NCBI GenBank assembly: GCA_041749915.1
Contig: JBGTAJ010000195.1
Coordinates: 16,844 to 80,843, forward strand
Direction: 5' to 3'
Origin: Flavobacteriales bacterium
Lineage (GTDB): Bacteria > Bacteroidota > Bacteroidia > Flavobacteriales_F > PHOS-HE28
DNA: 64,000 nt
Each line of letters starts with the position of its first letter. Position 1 is the stretch's first letter. The translations under genes were made by a program, and so were the position numbers. The notes under the pieces are model-generated. The model was not told where the DNA came from. It saw nothing but the letters and a program-made list of their open reading frames with translations, and searched no databases. This document shows positions 29,905-39,454 of the stretch, one piece after another.

Positions 29905-32307
29905 ATGACCATCCGCATCCTCGCCCCCTTCGTCCTGGCCTTTTTGCTGCCATCCGCTGCACTCGCTCAGGCCCAGATCAATGGTCGCGTGACGGATGCG
30001 CGCACACGGGAGCCACTTCCCTTTGTGAACGTGGCCTTGGAAGGCACCACTCAGGGGGCCACCACGGATATCGAAGGCCGTTTCTCCATCATGGATGTGA
30101 AGCCGGGGCTCTACAACGTGCAGGTCTCCTCCGTGGGCTATCAGCGCAGGGTCATCACTGAAGTGCAGGTGGGCACCGCCCGCGCGGTGGAACTGGACAT
30201 CACCCTTGAACCGACCGCCACCGAGCTGAAGGAGGTGGAGATCACACGCAAGCCTTTCCAGCGCACACAGGAAAGCCCCCTTTCCGTCAGGACCATCGGC
30301 TCGGCGGAGATCATGCGCAACCCCGGTGGCAACCGCGACATCAGCAAGGTGATCCGCGCGCTTCCCGGGGTGGCCAGCACGGCCAGCTTCCGCAATGACA
30401 TCATCATCCGCGGCGGAGCCCCGAACGAGAACCGCTTCTATTTGGACGGCATCGAGGTGCCCACCATCAATCACTTCAGCACCCAGGGTTCCAGCGGTGG
30501 TCCCGTGGGAATGATCAACGTCAACTTCATCCGCGAAGTGGATGTGATCACCGGCGCGTTCCCGGCTTCACGCGGCAACACGCTCAGTTCGGTCTTCGAG
30601 TTCAAGCAGCCCGATGGAAACACGGAGAAGGCCACTTACACCTTCATGATGGGCAGCAGCGATATCGGCTTCACCTTCGATGGACCCACCGGCCCCCGCT
30701 CATCCACCATCATCTCCGTACGCCGGTCCTACCTGCAGTTCCTCTTTCAAGCACTGAAGTTGCCCTTCCTTCCCATCTACAACGATGCCCAGTTCAAGCA
30801 TCGCATCCAATTGGGAAAGAACAGCCGTCTGACGCTGATCGGCCTCGGGGCCTTTGATAATGTGGACCTCAATGCTGCGGCGAACGATGGGGTGACCGAT
30901 CAGGAGACCTTGGAGCGCAACCGCTACATCCTGGGCAATCTGCCGGAGAACGACCAATGGAACTACACCGTGGGCGCGCGCTACGACCATTTTGTGACCA
31001 AGGGCTTCCACACGGTAGTGGTGAGCCGCAGCCACCTGTTCAACGAGGCCAGCAAGTACCGCAACAATGATGACACCGATCCCTCGGCATTGCTCCTGAA
31101 CTATGGTAGCACAGAGGAGGAGAACAAGGTGCGCTACGAAGCGGTGATGAACTATGGACCATGGCGCTTCGTGGGCGGTGCGGGCTACGAACACGCCCGC
31201 TACGGTACGGACACCTACACCCAGCGCGTGATCAATGGGTTGCCCGTGGTGATCGACTACGAGAGCTCCCTGTCCATGGACAAGTTCGGCGGCTTCGCGC
31301 AGTTGAGCCGCGCCTTCGGCAAGTTGTCCACCTCCTTCGGCCTGCGGACCGATTGGAACTCATTGGGCGGCACGATGAGCGATCCATTGGAACAGCTCTC
31401 CCCCCGTTTGTCCTTGTCCTATGCGGTCAGCGATGCGGTGAACATCAACGCGAACGTGGGCCGCTATTATCAGCTGCCTCCCTACACGGTCCTCGGTTTC
31501 CGCAATGGCGCAGGAAGCCTGCTCAATCTGGACAATGGCATCCGGTACATCCAAGCGGACCATGTGGTGGCTGGGGTGGAGTACTTCACGAAGAACAATG
31601 GCAAGATCTCCGTGGAGGGCTTCCACAAGTGGTACGACCGCTATCCCTTGCTGGTGGACAAAGGCATCAGCCTGGCCAACCTCGGCGGTGATTTCGGGGT
31701 GATCGGCAATGAACTCGCCGCCCCCCTGTCCCAAGGCCGTTCTTACGGGATCGAGCTCCTTCTCCAGCAGAAGCTCTACAAAGGCTTTTACGGCATCCTG
31801 TCCTACACCTTCGTGAAGAGCGAATTCACCAATGCCGATGGCGGTTTTGCGCCCAGCAGCTGGGACTATGGCCACATCCTCAATGTGACAGGCGGCAAGC
31901 GCCTGCCGAAGGACTGGGAGGTGGGTTTGAATTGGCGCCTGCAGGGCGGTGGCCCTTTCACACCCTACGATGTGCCCACATCAGCGCTCATTCCCGTGTG
32001 GGATGCCACCCAGCAAGGGGTCCTCGACTATGATCTGATCAATACCGAGCGCCTCCGGATCTTCACACAGCTGAATGCGCGGGTGGACAAGCGCTACTAC
32101 TTCAAGACCTGGACGCTGAACGTCTACTTCGATGTGGAGAACGTGCTGGCCAATGAACTCCCCGGTGCCCCGTTCATCGATGTGGTGCGCGATGCGGCCG
32201 GCCAGCCGCTGGTGGACCCCAGCGATCCCACCCGTTATGTGGTGAAGTCGGTACCCAATGATGGCACCACGGTGATCCCCAGCATCGGGGTCATGGTGGA
32301 GTTCTGA
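29905..32307 (+). CDS. TonB-dependent outer-membrane receptor with an N-terminal carboxypeptidase-regulatory-like domain.
   Basis: A signal peptide, a CarbopepD_reg-like domain (INGRVTDARTREPLPFVNVAL), a plug domain and a beta-barrel, ending in a C-terminal aromatic residue (MVEF). Confidence 0.85.
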   Translation: MTIRILAPFVLAFLLPSAALAQAQINGRVTDARTREPLPFVNVALEGTTQGATTDIEGRFSIMDVKPGLYNVQVSSVGYQRRVITEVQVGTARAVELDITLEPTATELKEVEITRKPFQRTQESPLSVRTIGSAEIMRNPGGNRDISKVIRALPGVASTASFRNDIIIRGGAPNENRFYLDGIEVPTINHFSTQGSSGGPVGMINVNFIREVDVITGAFPASRGNTLSSVFEFKQPDGNTEKATYTFMMGSSDIGFTFDGPTGPRSSTIISVRRSYLQFLFQALKLPFLPIYNDAQFKHRIQLGKNSRLTLIGLGAFDNVDLNAAANDGVTDQETLERNRYILGNLPENDQWNYTVGARYDHFVTKGFHTVVVSRSHLFNEASKYRNNDDTDPSALLLNYGSTEEENKVRYEAVMNYGPWRFVGGAGYEHARYGTDTYTQRVINGLPVVIDYESSLSMDKFGGFAQLSRAFGKLSTSFGLRTDWNSLGGTMSDPLEQLSPRLSLSYAVSDAVNINANVGRYYQLPPYTVLGFRNGAGSLLNLDNGIRYIQADHVVAGVEYFTKNNGKISVEGFHKWYDRYPLLVDKGISLANLGGDFGVIGNELAAPLSQGRSYGIELLLQQKLYKGFYGILSYTFVKSEFTNADGGFAPSSWDYGHILNVTGGKRLPKDWEVGLNWRLQGGGPFTPYDVPTSALIPVWDATQQGVLDYDLINTERLRIFTQLNARVDKRYYFKTWTLNVYFDVENVLANELPGAPFIDVVRDAAGQPLVDPSDPTRYVVKSVPNDGTTVIPSIGVMVEF

Positions 32308-32328
32308 GAGGAATATCCCGGGAACTTC

Positions 32329-32336
32329 TATATTTG
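32329..32336 (+). promoter_or_regulatory. Candidate -7 box TATATTTG upstream of the tRNA-like remnant and the tRNA-Val pair.
   Basis: A perfect TAnnTTTG match in the context tctatatttgccgcc, 58 nt before the tRNA-like element. Confidence 0.35.
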
Positions 32337-32393
32337 CCGCCCCTTAGGAGGATCAGGTTACGAGTCCCTCCGCAGTTCTTTGAAGGTTTAGTT

Positions 32394-32460
32394 GGAGGCA
32401 TTGCTCAGCTTGACCAAAGCATCCCGCTAAAGAGCGGGAGGTTGACTGGTCCGGTTCGTT
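32394..32460 (+). pseudogene. Degenerate tRNA-like fragment (probable tRNA-Val pseudogene).
   Basis: Its acceptor arm GGAGGCA and D-arm region closely match the adjacent tRNA-Val(TAC). The anticodon arm is non-canonical, and the 3' half cannot pair with the acceptor. Confidence 0.4.
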
Positions 32461-32476
32461 CTTTGGATAAGTACAT

Positions 32477-32554
32477 GGAGGCATAGCTCAGCTGGTTTAG
32501 AGCATCTGCCTTACAAGCAGAGGGTCGCTGGTTCGAATCCGGCTGCCTCCACCA
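32477..32554 (+). tRNA. tRNA-Val (anticodon TAC) with encoded CCA.
   Basis: Manual folding gives a 7-bp acceptor stem GGAGGCA/TGCCTCC, the D loop AGCTCAGCTGGTTAGAGC, the anticodon loop cTTACAa, and the T-loop GGTTCGAATCC. Confidence 0.85.
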
Positions 32555-32561
32555 TTGCCCC

Positions 32562-32636
32562 GGGATGTTAGCTCAGCTGGTTTAGAGCGCATGCTTCACA
32601 CGCATGAGGTCACTGGTTCGAATCCAGTACGTCCCA
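32562..32636 (+). tRNA. tRNA-Val (anticodon CAC).
   Basis: Manual folding gives an acceptor stem GGGATGT/ACGTCCC with one G-U pair, the anticodon loop tTCACAc, and the T-loop GGTTCGAATCC. Confidence 0.8.
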
Positions 32637-32640
32637 CAAA

Positions 32641-32669
32641 AGCCCCGCAAACGCGGGGCTTTTTGTTTT
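32641..32669. terminator. Rho-independent terminator shared by the tRNA cluster (plus strand) and folC (minus strand).
   Basis: Stem AGCCCCGC/GCGGGGCT around a 4-nt loop, followed by TTTTTGTTTT. Confidence 0.7.
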
Positions 32670-32676
32670 CAAGCCC

Positions 32677-33894
32677 TCACACCACCTCCGCCACCACGAA
32701 CACACTGCCGGTGACCAGCACCAGATCATTGTGTGCGGCGGCGTCCCGGGCCTTGTCGAAGGCCTCGCGCACCGAGGCATGGGTGCTGCCGATCAGCCCG
32801 TGGCCTTTGGCCTGTTGTTGCAGGAGCCCGGCATCGAGGCCCCGCGGGATGTCCGCCTTGCAGAAGTAGTAGGTGGCCTGCTTGGGCAGTTCGGCCAGGA
32901 CCAGGGCCAGGTCCTTGTCGTTCACCATGCCCAGTACGATGTGCAGCGCTTCATAGGGCGTGCTTTCCAGCAGGGCCCGTGCGGCACGCACCCCATCCAC
33001 GTTATGCGCCACGTCGGCGATGGTCAACGGTGGTTCGGCCAGCACCTGCCAGCGACCCTTCAGCCCCGTGTTCTCCACCACGTTCCGAAAGCCGGCGGCG
33101 ATATGGGCCTCCCCGATGTTCCAACCCCGCTGCTGAAGTTCCCGGATGGCGGCCAAAGCGGTGCGGGCGTTGCGTTGCTGGTGCGGTCCTGCCAGGGCGC
33201 TGGGGTGGGGTAGCGTCATCTGCTGGTCCACGAAGGTGATGGCACTTAGGCGCTCCAGGGCGCATTGGCGGAACACCTCCGCCACGGCACCTTCGGCCTC
33301 CCCGATCACCACGGGTAGGCCGGGCTTCATGATGCCTGCCTTTTCCCCCGCGATGGCCTCCAGCGTGTTCCCCAGGAACTGCATGTGGTCCCAGCCGATG
33401 TTGGTGATCACGCTCACTTCGGGTGTCACCACGTTGGTGCTGTCCAGGCGCCCGCCCATGCCGGTCTCGATCACGGCGATGTCCACCCCGGCCTCACGGA
33501 ACCACCAGAGCGTGAAGGCGACACCCCATTCGAAGAAGGAGGCCTGGATGGGCTCAAAGGCCTCGCGATAGCGCTCCACAAAGTCCACAACGACCTGTTC
33601 AGGGACAACTTCGCCGTTGATCCGGAACCGCTCGCGGAAGTCCTTCAGATGGGGCGAGGTATGCAGGCCCACCGTGTAGCCGGCCTCCTGCAGCACGCTG
33701 GCGATCAAGTGGCTGGTGCTGCCCTTGCCATTGGTGCCCGCCACATGCACACAGCGCAGTCCCTGCTCCGGATGGTCCAGGAGCTCCATCAGCGCGTGCG
33801 TGTTGCTCAGGTCGGCCTTGTACGCCGCCTGGCCGATGCGCTGGAACATGGGAAGCTGTGCGTAGAGGTACGCCAGCGTCTCCGCGTAGGTCAT
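32677..33894 (-). CDS. folC: Bifunctional folylpolyglutamate synthase / dihydrofolate synthase.
   Basis: A Mur-ligase-family protein with the P-loop GTNGKGST. Confidence 0.9.
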   Translation of the reverse strand: MTYAETLAYLYAQLPMFQRIGQAAYKADLSNTHALMELLDHPEQGLRCVHVAGTNGKGSTSHLIASVLQEAGYTVGLHTSPHLKDFRERFRINGEVVPEQVVVDFVERYREAFEPIQASFFEWGVAFTLWWFREAGVDIAVIETGMGGRLDSTNVVTPEVSVITNIGWDHMQFLGNTLEAIAGEKAGIMKPGLPVVIGEAEGAVAEVFRQCALERLSAITFVDQQMTLPHPSALAGPHQQRNARTALAAIRELQQRGWNIGEAHIAAGFRNVVENTGLKGRWQVLAEPPLTIADVAHNVDGVRAARALLESTPYEALHIVLGMVNDKDLALVLAELPKQATYYFCKADIPRGLDAGLLQQQAKGHGLIGSTHASVREAFDKARDAAAHNDLVLVTGSVFVVAEVV

Positions 33895-34640
33895 TCGAGG
33901 ATGAAGACGAAGGTCATTTCACCCTTCTGCTCGGCGGCCCCATCGGGCTTGGCGCTGAAGGTGCACTGCAACGCGGCCTTTTTGGCCAGGTTGAACAGCA
34001 CCTGGCTGGTGGTGGTGCTGCGGTCCAGGTTGAAGGCCACCCGGGTGACCTTCCCCGTACGGTCCACGAAGATGTCCAAGGCCACCTTGCCACCCTCGGT
34101 GGGCTTCTCAGAGATGCTCGGTCCACGCATCAGGCCACGGCCCGCGAGTTTGCCTTCGAAGCCTTTACCGTGGAAATTCCCCACGCCGCCTTCTCCAGGT
34201 TTATCCCCCGGAGGCCCACCGCCGGGAGGCCCGGTCGTGGGGTTGGTGCTGGGGTTCGTGGACGGATTGAAGAGCGCGTTGGGGTTGGGTTTGGGCGGCT
34301 TCGGCTCGGCAGGCTTGGGCGTGGGCTTGGGTGTTGGTTTCACCGGCTTGGTGACCTCCACTTCGCTGTTCTCATCTGTGGCCACCTCTTCCGGGGTCTC
34401 CGGCGCGGTCACGGGTGTGGCGGTTTCCTGGGGCGAGCCAGGCGTCGGGTCAGGAGCACCGCCGGTCAGTCCACCGGCATCTTCAAAGGACAGCTCGATG
34501 CCCACCTCCTCAGGCAAGGGGTTGGGCTGCGAAAGACCGAAGAACAGGAACAGCAGGACCAACAACACGTGCAACACAACGGTGCTGATGATGCCCGTGC
34601 GGCGATCGTTCTGCTGCTGTTGGATGCTGATGGTGCTCAT
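33891..34640 (-). CDS. tonB: Energy transducer TonB.
   Basis: An N-terminal transmembrane helix, a Pro/Lys/Thr-rich spacer (KPTPKPTPKPAEPKPPKP) and a C-terminal TonB domain. Confidence 0.8.
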   Translation of the reverse strand: MSTISIQQQQNDRRTGIISTVVLHVLLVLLFLFFGLSQPNPLPEEVGIELSFEDAGGLTGGAPDPTPGSPQETATPVTAPETPEEVATDENSEVEVTKPVKPTPKPTPKPAEPKPPKPNPNALFNPSTNPSTNPTTGPPGGGPPGDKPGEGGVGNFHGKGFEGKLAGRGLMRGPSISEKPTEGGKVALDIFVDRTGKVTRVAFNLDRSTTTSQVLFNLAKKAALQCTFSAKPDGAAEQKGEMTFVFILE

Positions 34641-34760
34641 ATGCGCTGCTTATCCGTTTCCTGTGCCGTGTCACCCTCGTGGGCCGCTGGGGTGGCGGCT
34701 GGCGCTGGCGTTCGGCCTGTAGGCTTTACGCATTGCCAGCGGGCGCGATATGTCGCGCCC

Positions 34761-35156
34761 CTATTCGGGTTTGGTGGCCAGGATGATCTTCCACTTATTG
34801 CGTTTGGCGATGTCCAGCACGCTCACCGTCAATCCTGTGGGAACGCTCTGGTCCACGTGCATCACGATGGATTGGTCGGCCGGGTGCTTGCTCATCTCGT
34901 CCTTCAGTACACCTTCCAGGTCCGCAGGTTCGATCATGGCGTTGTTCACGCTGAAATGCTCCTCCGCATCGATCCGCACGGCCACCTTTGGCTTTTCCTT
35001 GGTCTTGTTGGCGCTCTTCGGAAGGTCCACCGGCAGGGCGTAGGGGCTCACCAGCGTGCTCACGATCACGAAGAAGATGAGCAGCAGGAATACGAGATCG
35101 GTCATGGAGCTCATGGCGAACCCCGCGTCGACCTTGTGTGTGCTTCGCAGTCCCAT
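34761..35156 (-). CDS. exbD: Biopolymer transport protein ExbD/TolR.
   Basis: A 131-aa protein with one transmembrane helix (LVFLLLIFFVIVS) and an ExbD fold. Confidence 0.85.
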   Translation of the reverse strand: MGLRSTHKVDAGFAMSSMTDLVFLLLIFFVIVSTLVSPYALPVDLPKSANKTKEKPKVAVRIDAEEHFSVNNAMIEPADLEGVLKDEMSKHPADQSIVMHVDQSVPTGLTVSVLDIAKRNKWKIILATKPE

Positions 35157-35162
35157 GATGCC

Positions 35163-35876
35163 CTATTTGGCGGGTGAATCCAACACGTCCATGAACGCGA
35201 TGGTGGTGGCCTCCATGTTCTGGATCACCTTGCCCACGCGGGCCACCAGGGTGTTGTAGGCCACGTAGGCGATGATGCCGATCACCAGACCGGCCACCGT
35301 GGTGACCATCGCCTGCATGATACCGCCGCTCAAGGCGGAGATCTCCACGCCGGCGCCGCTGATCTTCATGGTGTGGAAGGTGACGATCATCCCGATGACG
35401 GTCCCCAGGAAGCCGATCATGGGTGCCGCACCGGAGATGGTGGCCAGTACCGTCAATCCCTTCTCCAGTTGGTACACCTCCAGTTTACCGGCGTTCTCGA
35501 TGCTCACCTCGATATCCTTCAAGGGCTTGCCGATGCGGCTGATGCCCTTGTCCAGCATGCGGGCCACGGGCGAGGTGCTTTGGGCACAGAGGTTGCGTGC
35601 GCTGTCGATCTTGCCCTCGTGGATGTAGTCCTTGATCTTGTTCATGAAGTCCTTGTCCTCCTTCAGCGCACGGCGGATGGCCAGGCTGCGCTCGATGATG
35701 ATGTAGAAGGCGAGGATCGACATGATGCCTAGCGGCCCCATGATGTACCAGCCGCCATCCACGATGAGCTGCCAGATGGAGATGGTCTCGATCACGGGTT
35801 CGACCGGTGTCTCGGCCTGTTGTGCCAGGACCTCGCGGGCGGTCTGTTCGATCTGGGTGAGGAGCGGGAAGTGCAT
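35163..35876 (-). CDS. exbB: MotA/TolQ/ExbB proton channel family protein.
   Basis: Three transmembrane helices and the MotA_ExbB signature region. Confidence 0.85.
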   Translation of the reverse strand: MHFPLLTQIEQTAREVLAQQAETPVEPVIETISIWQLIVDGGWYIMGPLGIMSILAFYIIIERSLAIRRALKEDKDFMNKIKDYIHEGKIDSARNLCAQSTSPVARMLDKGISRIGKPLKDIEVSIENAGKLEVYQLEKGLTVLATISGAAPMIGFLGTVIGMIVTFHTMKISGAGVEISALSGGIMQAMVTTVAGLVIGIIAYVAYNTLVARVGKVIQNMEATTIAFMDVLDSPAK

Positions 35877-35925
35877 CGGATGGTTCGGGTTGGAATGGAA
35901 CGCGATCAGCGCCCGTTGAAGTATG

Positions 35926-37152
35926 TCAGTTGAGTTTGGCCAGGGCGATCTCGAAACCGGTGCGGGTCAGGAACGTGCGTCCGCCATGGCGGGCATGCGT
36001 CTGTTCCAGCGCGGTGCCGATGGTATGGCTCACGTCCTCGAAGATGGCCTTGTCACCGAGGTCATTGCCGGGCTGCATGCAGTACGCGAACACCCGGGCC
36101 ATGCCGCAGTTGGCGATGAAGTCGGGTATCACGCTCACCTTGCCATCGGCCTGCTCTGCAATGGGGCCGTAGAAGATCTGCGGGTCGGCGAAGGGTACGT
36201 TGGCGCCGCTGCTGATCACCTCCAGACCGGCGGCCACCATGCGGTCCACCTGATCCATGGTCACCAGGCGACTGGCGGCGCAGGGCAGGAACACTTCGGC
36301 GCCCAGGTCCCAGATGTGGGCGTTCACCTCCTCGAAGGGCAGCATGTCCTGCATCCGCAGCTGATTGCCCGTCTTGTCCATGAACAGCGTCCGCACCTGG
36401 TCCTCGCTCAGGCCTTCGGGCAGCAGCATGCCACCCACCCGGTCGATGATGCCCACGATGCGTGCACCTTCCTTCGCCAGGTAATAGCCCGCCGCAGCGG
36501 CCACGTTGCCCCAGCCCTGGATGATCACCCTTTTTCCCTTCAGGTCGCCGCCGTACACGCGGTAGTAGTGACGCACGCTCTCCGCCACGCCCCAGCCCGT
36601 GATCATGTCGCTTACCGTGTATTTGCCGGGAACAGGCACATAGGCGACATCTTCCACGATCTTGCTCACACCCTCTCTCAGCTGGGCTATGGCCTGTAGT
36701 TTCACGTCATCCTGCGTACCTATGTGGCCGTTCACCACACCTTCCTGTGGGTGGCGCAGACCGTATCGTTCGGTGATGGGGATGACGTCGTGTACTTCGT
36801 CCACGTTCATGTCGCCGCCCGTGCCGTAGTAGGTCTTCAGCAGGGGCATCACGGCCTTGTACCAGCGGTCCAGCACGGCGTTCTTGCGCGGGTCCGCCGG
36901 GTCGAAGTCAATGCCGCTCTTGGCACCACCGATGGCCGGTCCGCACACGCTGAACTTCACCTCCATGGTCTTGGCCAGGCTCTCCACCTCGCGCTTGTCG
37001 AGACCCTTGCGCATGCGTGTTCCACCGCCGGCAGCTCCGCCCCGCAAACTGTTGATCACCACCCAGCCTTTCGCGCCGGTGGGTGCGTCGTTCCATTCAA
37101 AGACGATCTCGGGGGCACGCTCTTCAAAGCGGCGCAGGGCATCACGCATCAC
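35926..37152 (-). CDS. Glu/Leu/Phe/Val dehydrogenase family protein (NAD(P) amino-acid dehydrogenase).
   Basis: Shows the ELFV dehydrogenase catalytic region (GGAKSGIDFDP...K) and a Rossmann domain; 408 aa. Confidence 0.85.
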   Translation of the reverse strand: MMRDALRRFEERAPEIVFEWNDAPTGAKGWVVINSLRGGAAGGGTRMRKGLDKREVESLAKTMEVKFSVCGPAIGGAKSGIDFDPADPRKNAVLDRWYKAVMPLLKTYYGTGGDMNVDEVHDVIPITERYGLRHPQEGVVNGHIGTQDDVKLQAIAQLREGVSKIVEDVAYVPVPGKYTVSDMITGWGVAESVRHYYRVYGGDLKGKRVIIQGWGNVAAAAGYYLAKEGARIVGIIDRVGGMLLPEGLSEDQVRTLFMDKTGNQLRMQDMLPFEEVNAHIWDLGAEVFLPCAASRLVTMDQVDRMVAAGLEVISSGANVPFADPQIFYGPIAEQADGKVSVIPDFIANCGMARVFAYCMQPGNDLGDKAIFEDVSHTIGTALEQTHARHGGRTFLTRTGFEIALAKLN

Positions 37153-37251
37153 AGGTTCCGGTTGCAGGTGGGGCGAAGGTAACCTGCCTCCGTTGGCACC
37201 CTTTCCCGGTAATGACGAGGTTTTCCCGGTCGGCTGTTGATAGTCCGCGCG

Positions 37252-38262
37252 CTATCGGGTCTTGACGAAACGGGCCACGTGCGGAACCCCGCTCGAACTT
37301 GAGGCCCTGATGCTGTACGTGCCCTCGGCCAGGTTGGACAAGGCGAGCGGGCCGTCCTTGGTCGCGTTCCGTTCGCTATGCACGATCCGCCCGGAAGCGT
37401 CCATGATCGCCACGTTCCAGGTTCCTTCAGCATCGATCCAGATCACATCATCGGTGAGCGTGGGCCGGATGGAGAATGGTCCATCGGCTGTGACCTGTGC
37501 GATACCGACATCTTGGGGGATCACACAGATGGTCATATCGCGTGTGACCTGCCCAATAAGCTGGCCCGCTCGAAATTCACTGCCACGGATGGTCACGTTC
37601 CACTGACCGATCACCGCTGGTGCATCCCAATGGAACACGCCGGTCCCCTCTTCAACCCAGGCACTGTTGGGGCCGTCAGGCATGCTGTAGCCCGCTATCG
37701 GCAGGCATCCCTCACCCTGTGGAGCCACCAGTTCGAACGAGAGGCTATCACCATCCTCGTCCCAGGCACCGGGGTCGTGGATGAGGTTGTTCTGCTCCCA
37801 CCGTGTGGCGATCTGCAAGGTATCGAAGGCGATGGAGGTGTTCTCGCCGAAGTTGGGGCTGATCACCAACATAGCCTCCACGCATATGCCTTGCTGGATG
37901 GAAGTCGGAATGTTAATGATGCCACCATTGCGATTCGCATCCTCGAAAAGCAGACTGTAGATGCCCGGCCCTGCAAAGCTCTGGATGATGCGATAGGTAC
38001 TGAGCCTGATCGGTCCACAGGTCGTCGGTGCGGGATCATCCACGATCAGAATGCGGGGCATCGTGTCAATGCCGTTCAACAGGATCCACGGTCTGTCGGC
38101 CGGACTCGTCAGGTCGGCATACACGTCCACCTCGATGGTGTATGTGTAGGGGCCGGGGGCGGTGGGTGCATAGCGGACCTCTGCGCCGAGGAAATGAGTG
38201 CCTTGGCATTCAGCGGCTATCACCAGCACCAAGGCCAGGAAGAGGTGCACACGTTGTTTCAT
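37252..38262 (-). CDS. Secreted protein with a T9SS C-terminal sorting domain (type A). The cargo domain is unknown.
   Basis: A signal peptide (MKQRVHLFLALVLVIAA) and a C-terminal region of about 80 aa with the Por_Secre_tail pattern (WNVAIMDASGRIV...LAEGTYSIRASS...VARFVKTR). I recognise no catalytic motif. Confidence 0.6.
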   Translation of the reverse strand: MKQRVHLFLALVLVIAAECQGTHFLGAEVRYAPTAPGPYTYTIEVDVYADLTSPADRPWILLNGIDTMPRILIVDDPAPTTCGPIRLSTYRIIQSFAGPGIYSLLFEDANRNGGIINIPTSIQQGICVEAMLVISPNFGENTSIAFDTLQIATRWEQNNLIHDPGAWDEDGDSLSFELVAPQGEGCLPIAGYSMPDGPNSAWVEEGTGVFHWDAPAVIGQWNVTIRGSEFRAGQLIGQVTRDMTICVIPQDVGIAQVTADGPFSIRPTLTDDVIWIDAEGTWNVAIMDASGRIVHSERNATKDGPLALSNLAEGTYSIRASSSSGVPHVARFVKTR

Positions 38263-38330
38263 TGGTGCAAGGTTGGGGATGCCCCAGCATGGAGGGTCAA
38301 CGATCAAATATAGTCCGGAACCAGGCCCTA

Positions 38331-39407
38331 TCAGGCTGCAGAAGGAGCACGGTAGACCGCACCTCCGACGCTGTCCCGACCAGCCCCGGTCACGCTGGCC
38401 AGCGTATTGACCTCTTCCCGCATCCGCAGTACGCCCAGCAACGCGAAGATCAGGGCCTCCTTGAAGTCCACGGTCCGGACATCAGGGACCTCGATACGGG
38501 TGGTGGTCAGGCTTCGGAGGCGTTCCAGCAGGAACGTGTTATGGGCGCCGCCACCGGTCACCAGCACCGGTCCATCGGCAAAGGCCAGTGCTGTGGCCAA
38601 TTGCTGGGCAATGTGCTCCACCACGGTGGCAAGCCGGTCCGGCAGACTTTCTCCTTGTCCCGCGATCAGCGGCTTCAGCCACGCATCGAACCACTCGCGC
38701 CCCAACGATCGGGGTGGCTGTTGGTGGTGGAAGGGGAGGGCGTTCAGCGCATCCAGCAGTTCCGGGATGATCCTGCCCGTACGTGCCATTGCGCCACCCT
38801 TATCGTAGGGTAGGTCTGCCTCGTTCGCCAGGAAATTCAAGGCCTGGTTGCCGATGCAGACATCGTAACCGGTCACGTGGTGATCATTGTGCAGCGCGAC
38901 ATTGCAGATGCCGCCGATGTTCAGGAATCCCTTATGCTGGGGGAAGAGAAGCCGTTCGCCCAAGGGGACCAGCGGTGCGCCCTGGCCGCCCAGGGCCACA
39001 TCCATGCTGCGGAAGTCGCAGACCGTGGTGGTGCCTGTGCGGGCCGCGATGCGGGCGCCGCAGCCGATCTGCAGGGTCAGCCCTTCCTCCGGCTTATGGA
39101 AGAGGGTATGCCCGTGGGATGCGATCAGGTCTATAGCGCGTCCTTTGACCAGGTCCTTACACGCAAGGCCGATCCGATCGCCGAGGTCGCGGTGGAGACG
39201 GGCCAGTTCCAAGGCCGACCCCTGCATGGCGTCCTTCAGTCGTTGCTGGAAACGGGTGTCGTAAGGAACCGTACGGGCCTCCCGGATGTTGAAGCTCCAG
39301 TCGCCCACGTCATGGACCAGCTCGCACCACGCCAGATCAAGCCCGTCGAGGGAGCTTCCGCTCATCACGCCGATGACCTCGTACCGATCCGCTCCGGGGG
39401 CTTCCAT
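38331..39407 (-). CDS. anmK: Anhydro-N-acetylmuramic acid kinase.
   Basis: An N-terminal GVMSGSSLDGLD motif and an overall ASKHA-fold AnmK layout. Confidence 0.85.
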   Translation of the reverse strand: MEAPGADRYEVIGVMSGSSLDGLDLAWCELVHDVGDWSFNIREARTVPYDTRFQQRLKDAMQGSALELARLHRDLGDRIGLACKDLVKGRAIDLIASHGHTLFHKPEEGLTLQIGCGARIAARTGTTTVCDFRSMDVALGGQGAPLVPLGERLLFPQHKGFLNIGGICNVALHNDHHVTGYDVCIGNQALNFLANEADLPYDKGGAMARTGRIIPELLDALNALPFHHQQPPRSLGREWFDAWLKPLIAGQGESLPDRLATVVEHIAQQLATALAFADGPVLVTGGGAHNTFLLERLRSLTTTRIEVPDVRTVDFKEALIFALLGVLRMREEVNTLASVTGAGRDSVGGAVYRAPSAA

Positions 39408-39454
39408 GACGCGAAGTTACCCCCTACTTTTGCGCTCCCTTGAACAGAATTCCC

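Noticed and set aside
32477-32636. The tRNA-Val pair considered as a possible integration hotspot with a flanking mobile element.
   Set aside because: No integrase, transposase, direct repeats of the tRNA 3' end, or foreign-looking genes follow. The downstream genes folC-tonB-exbD-exbB are core.
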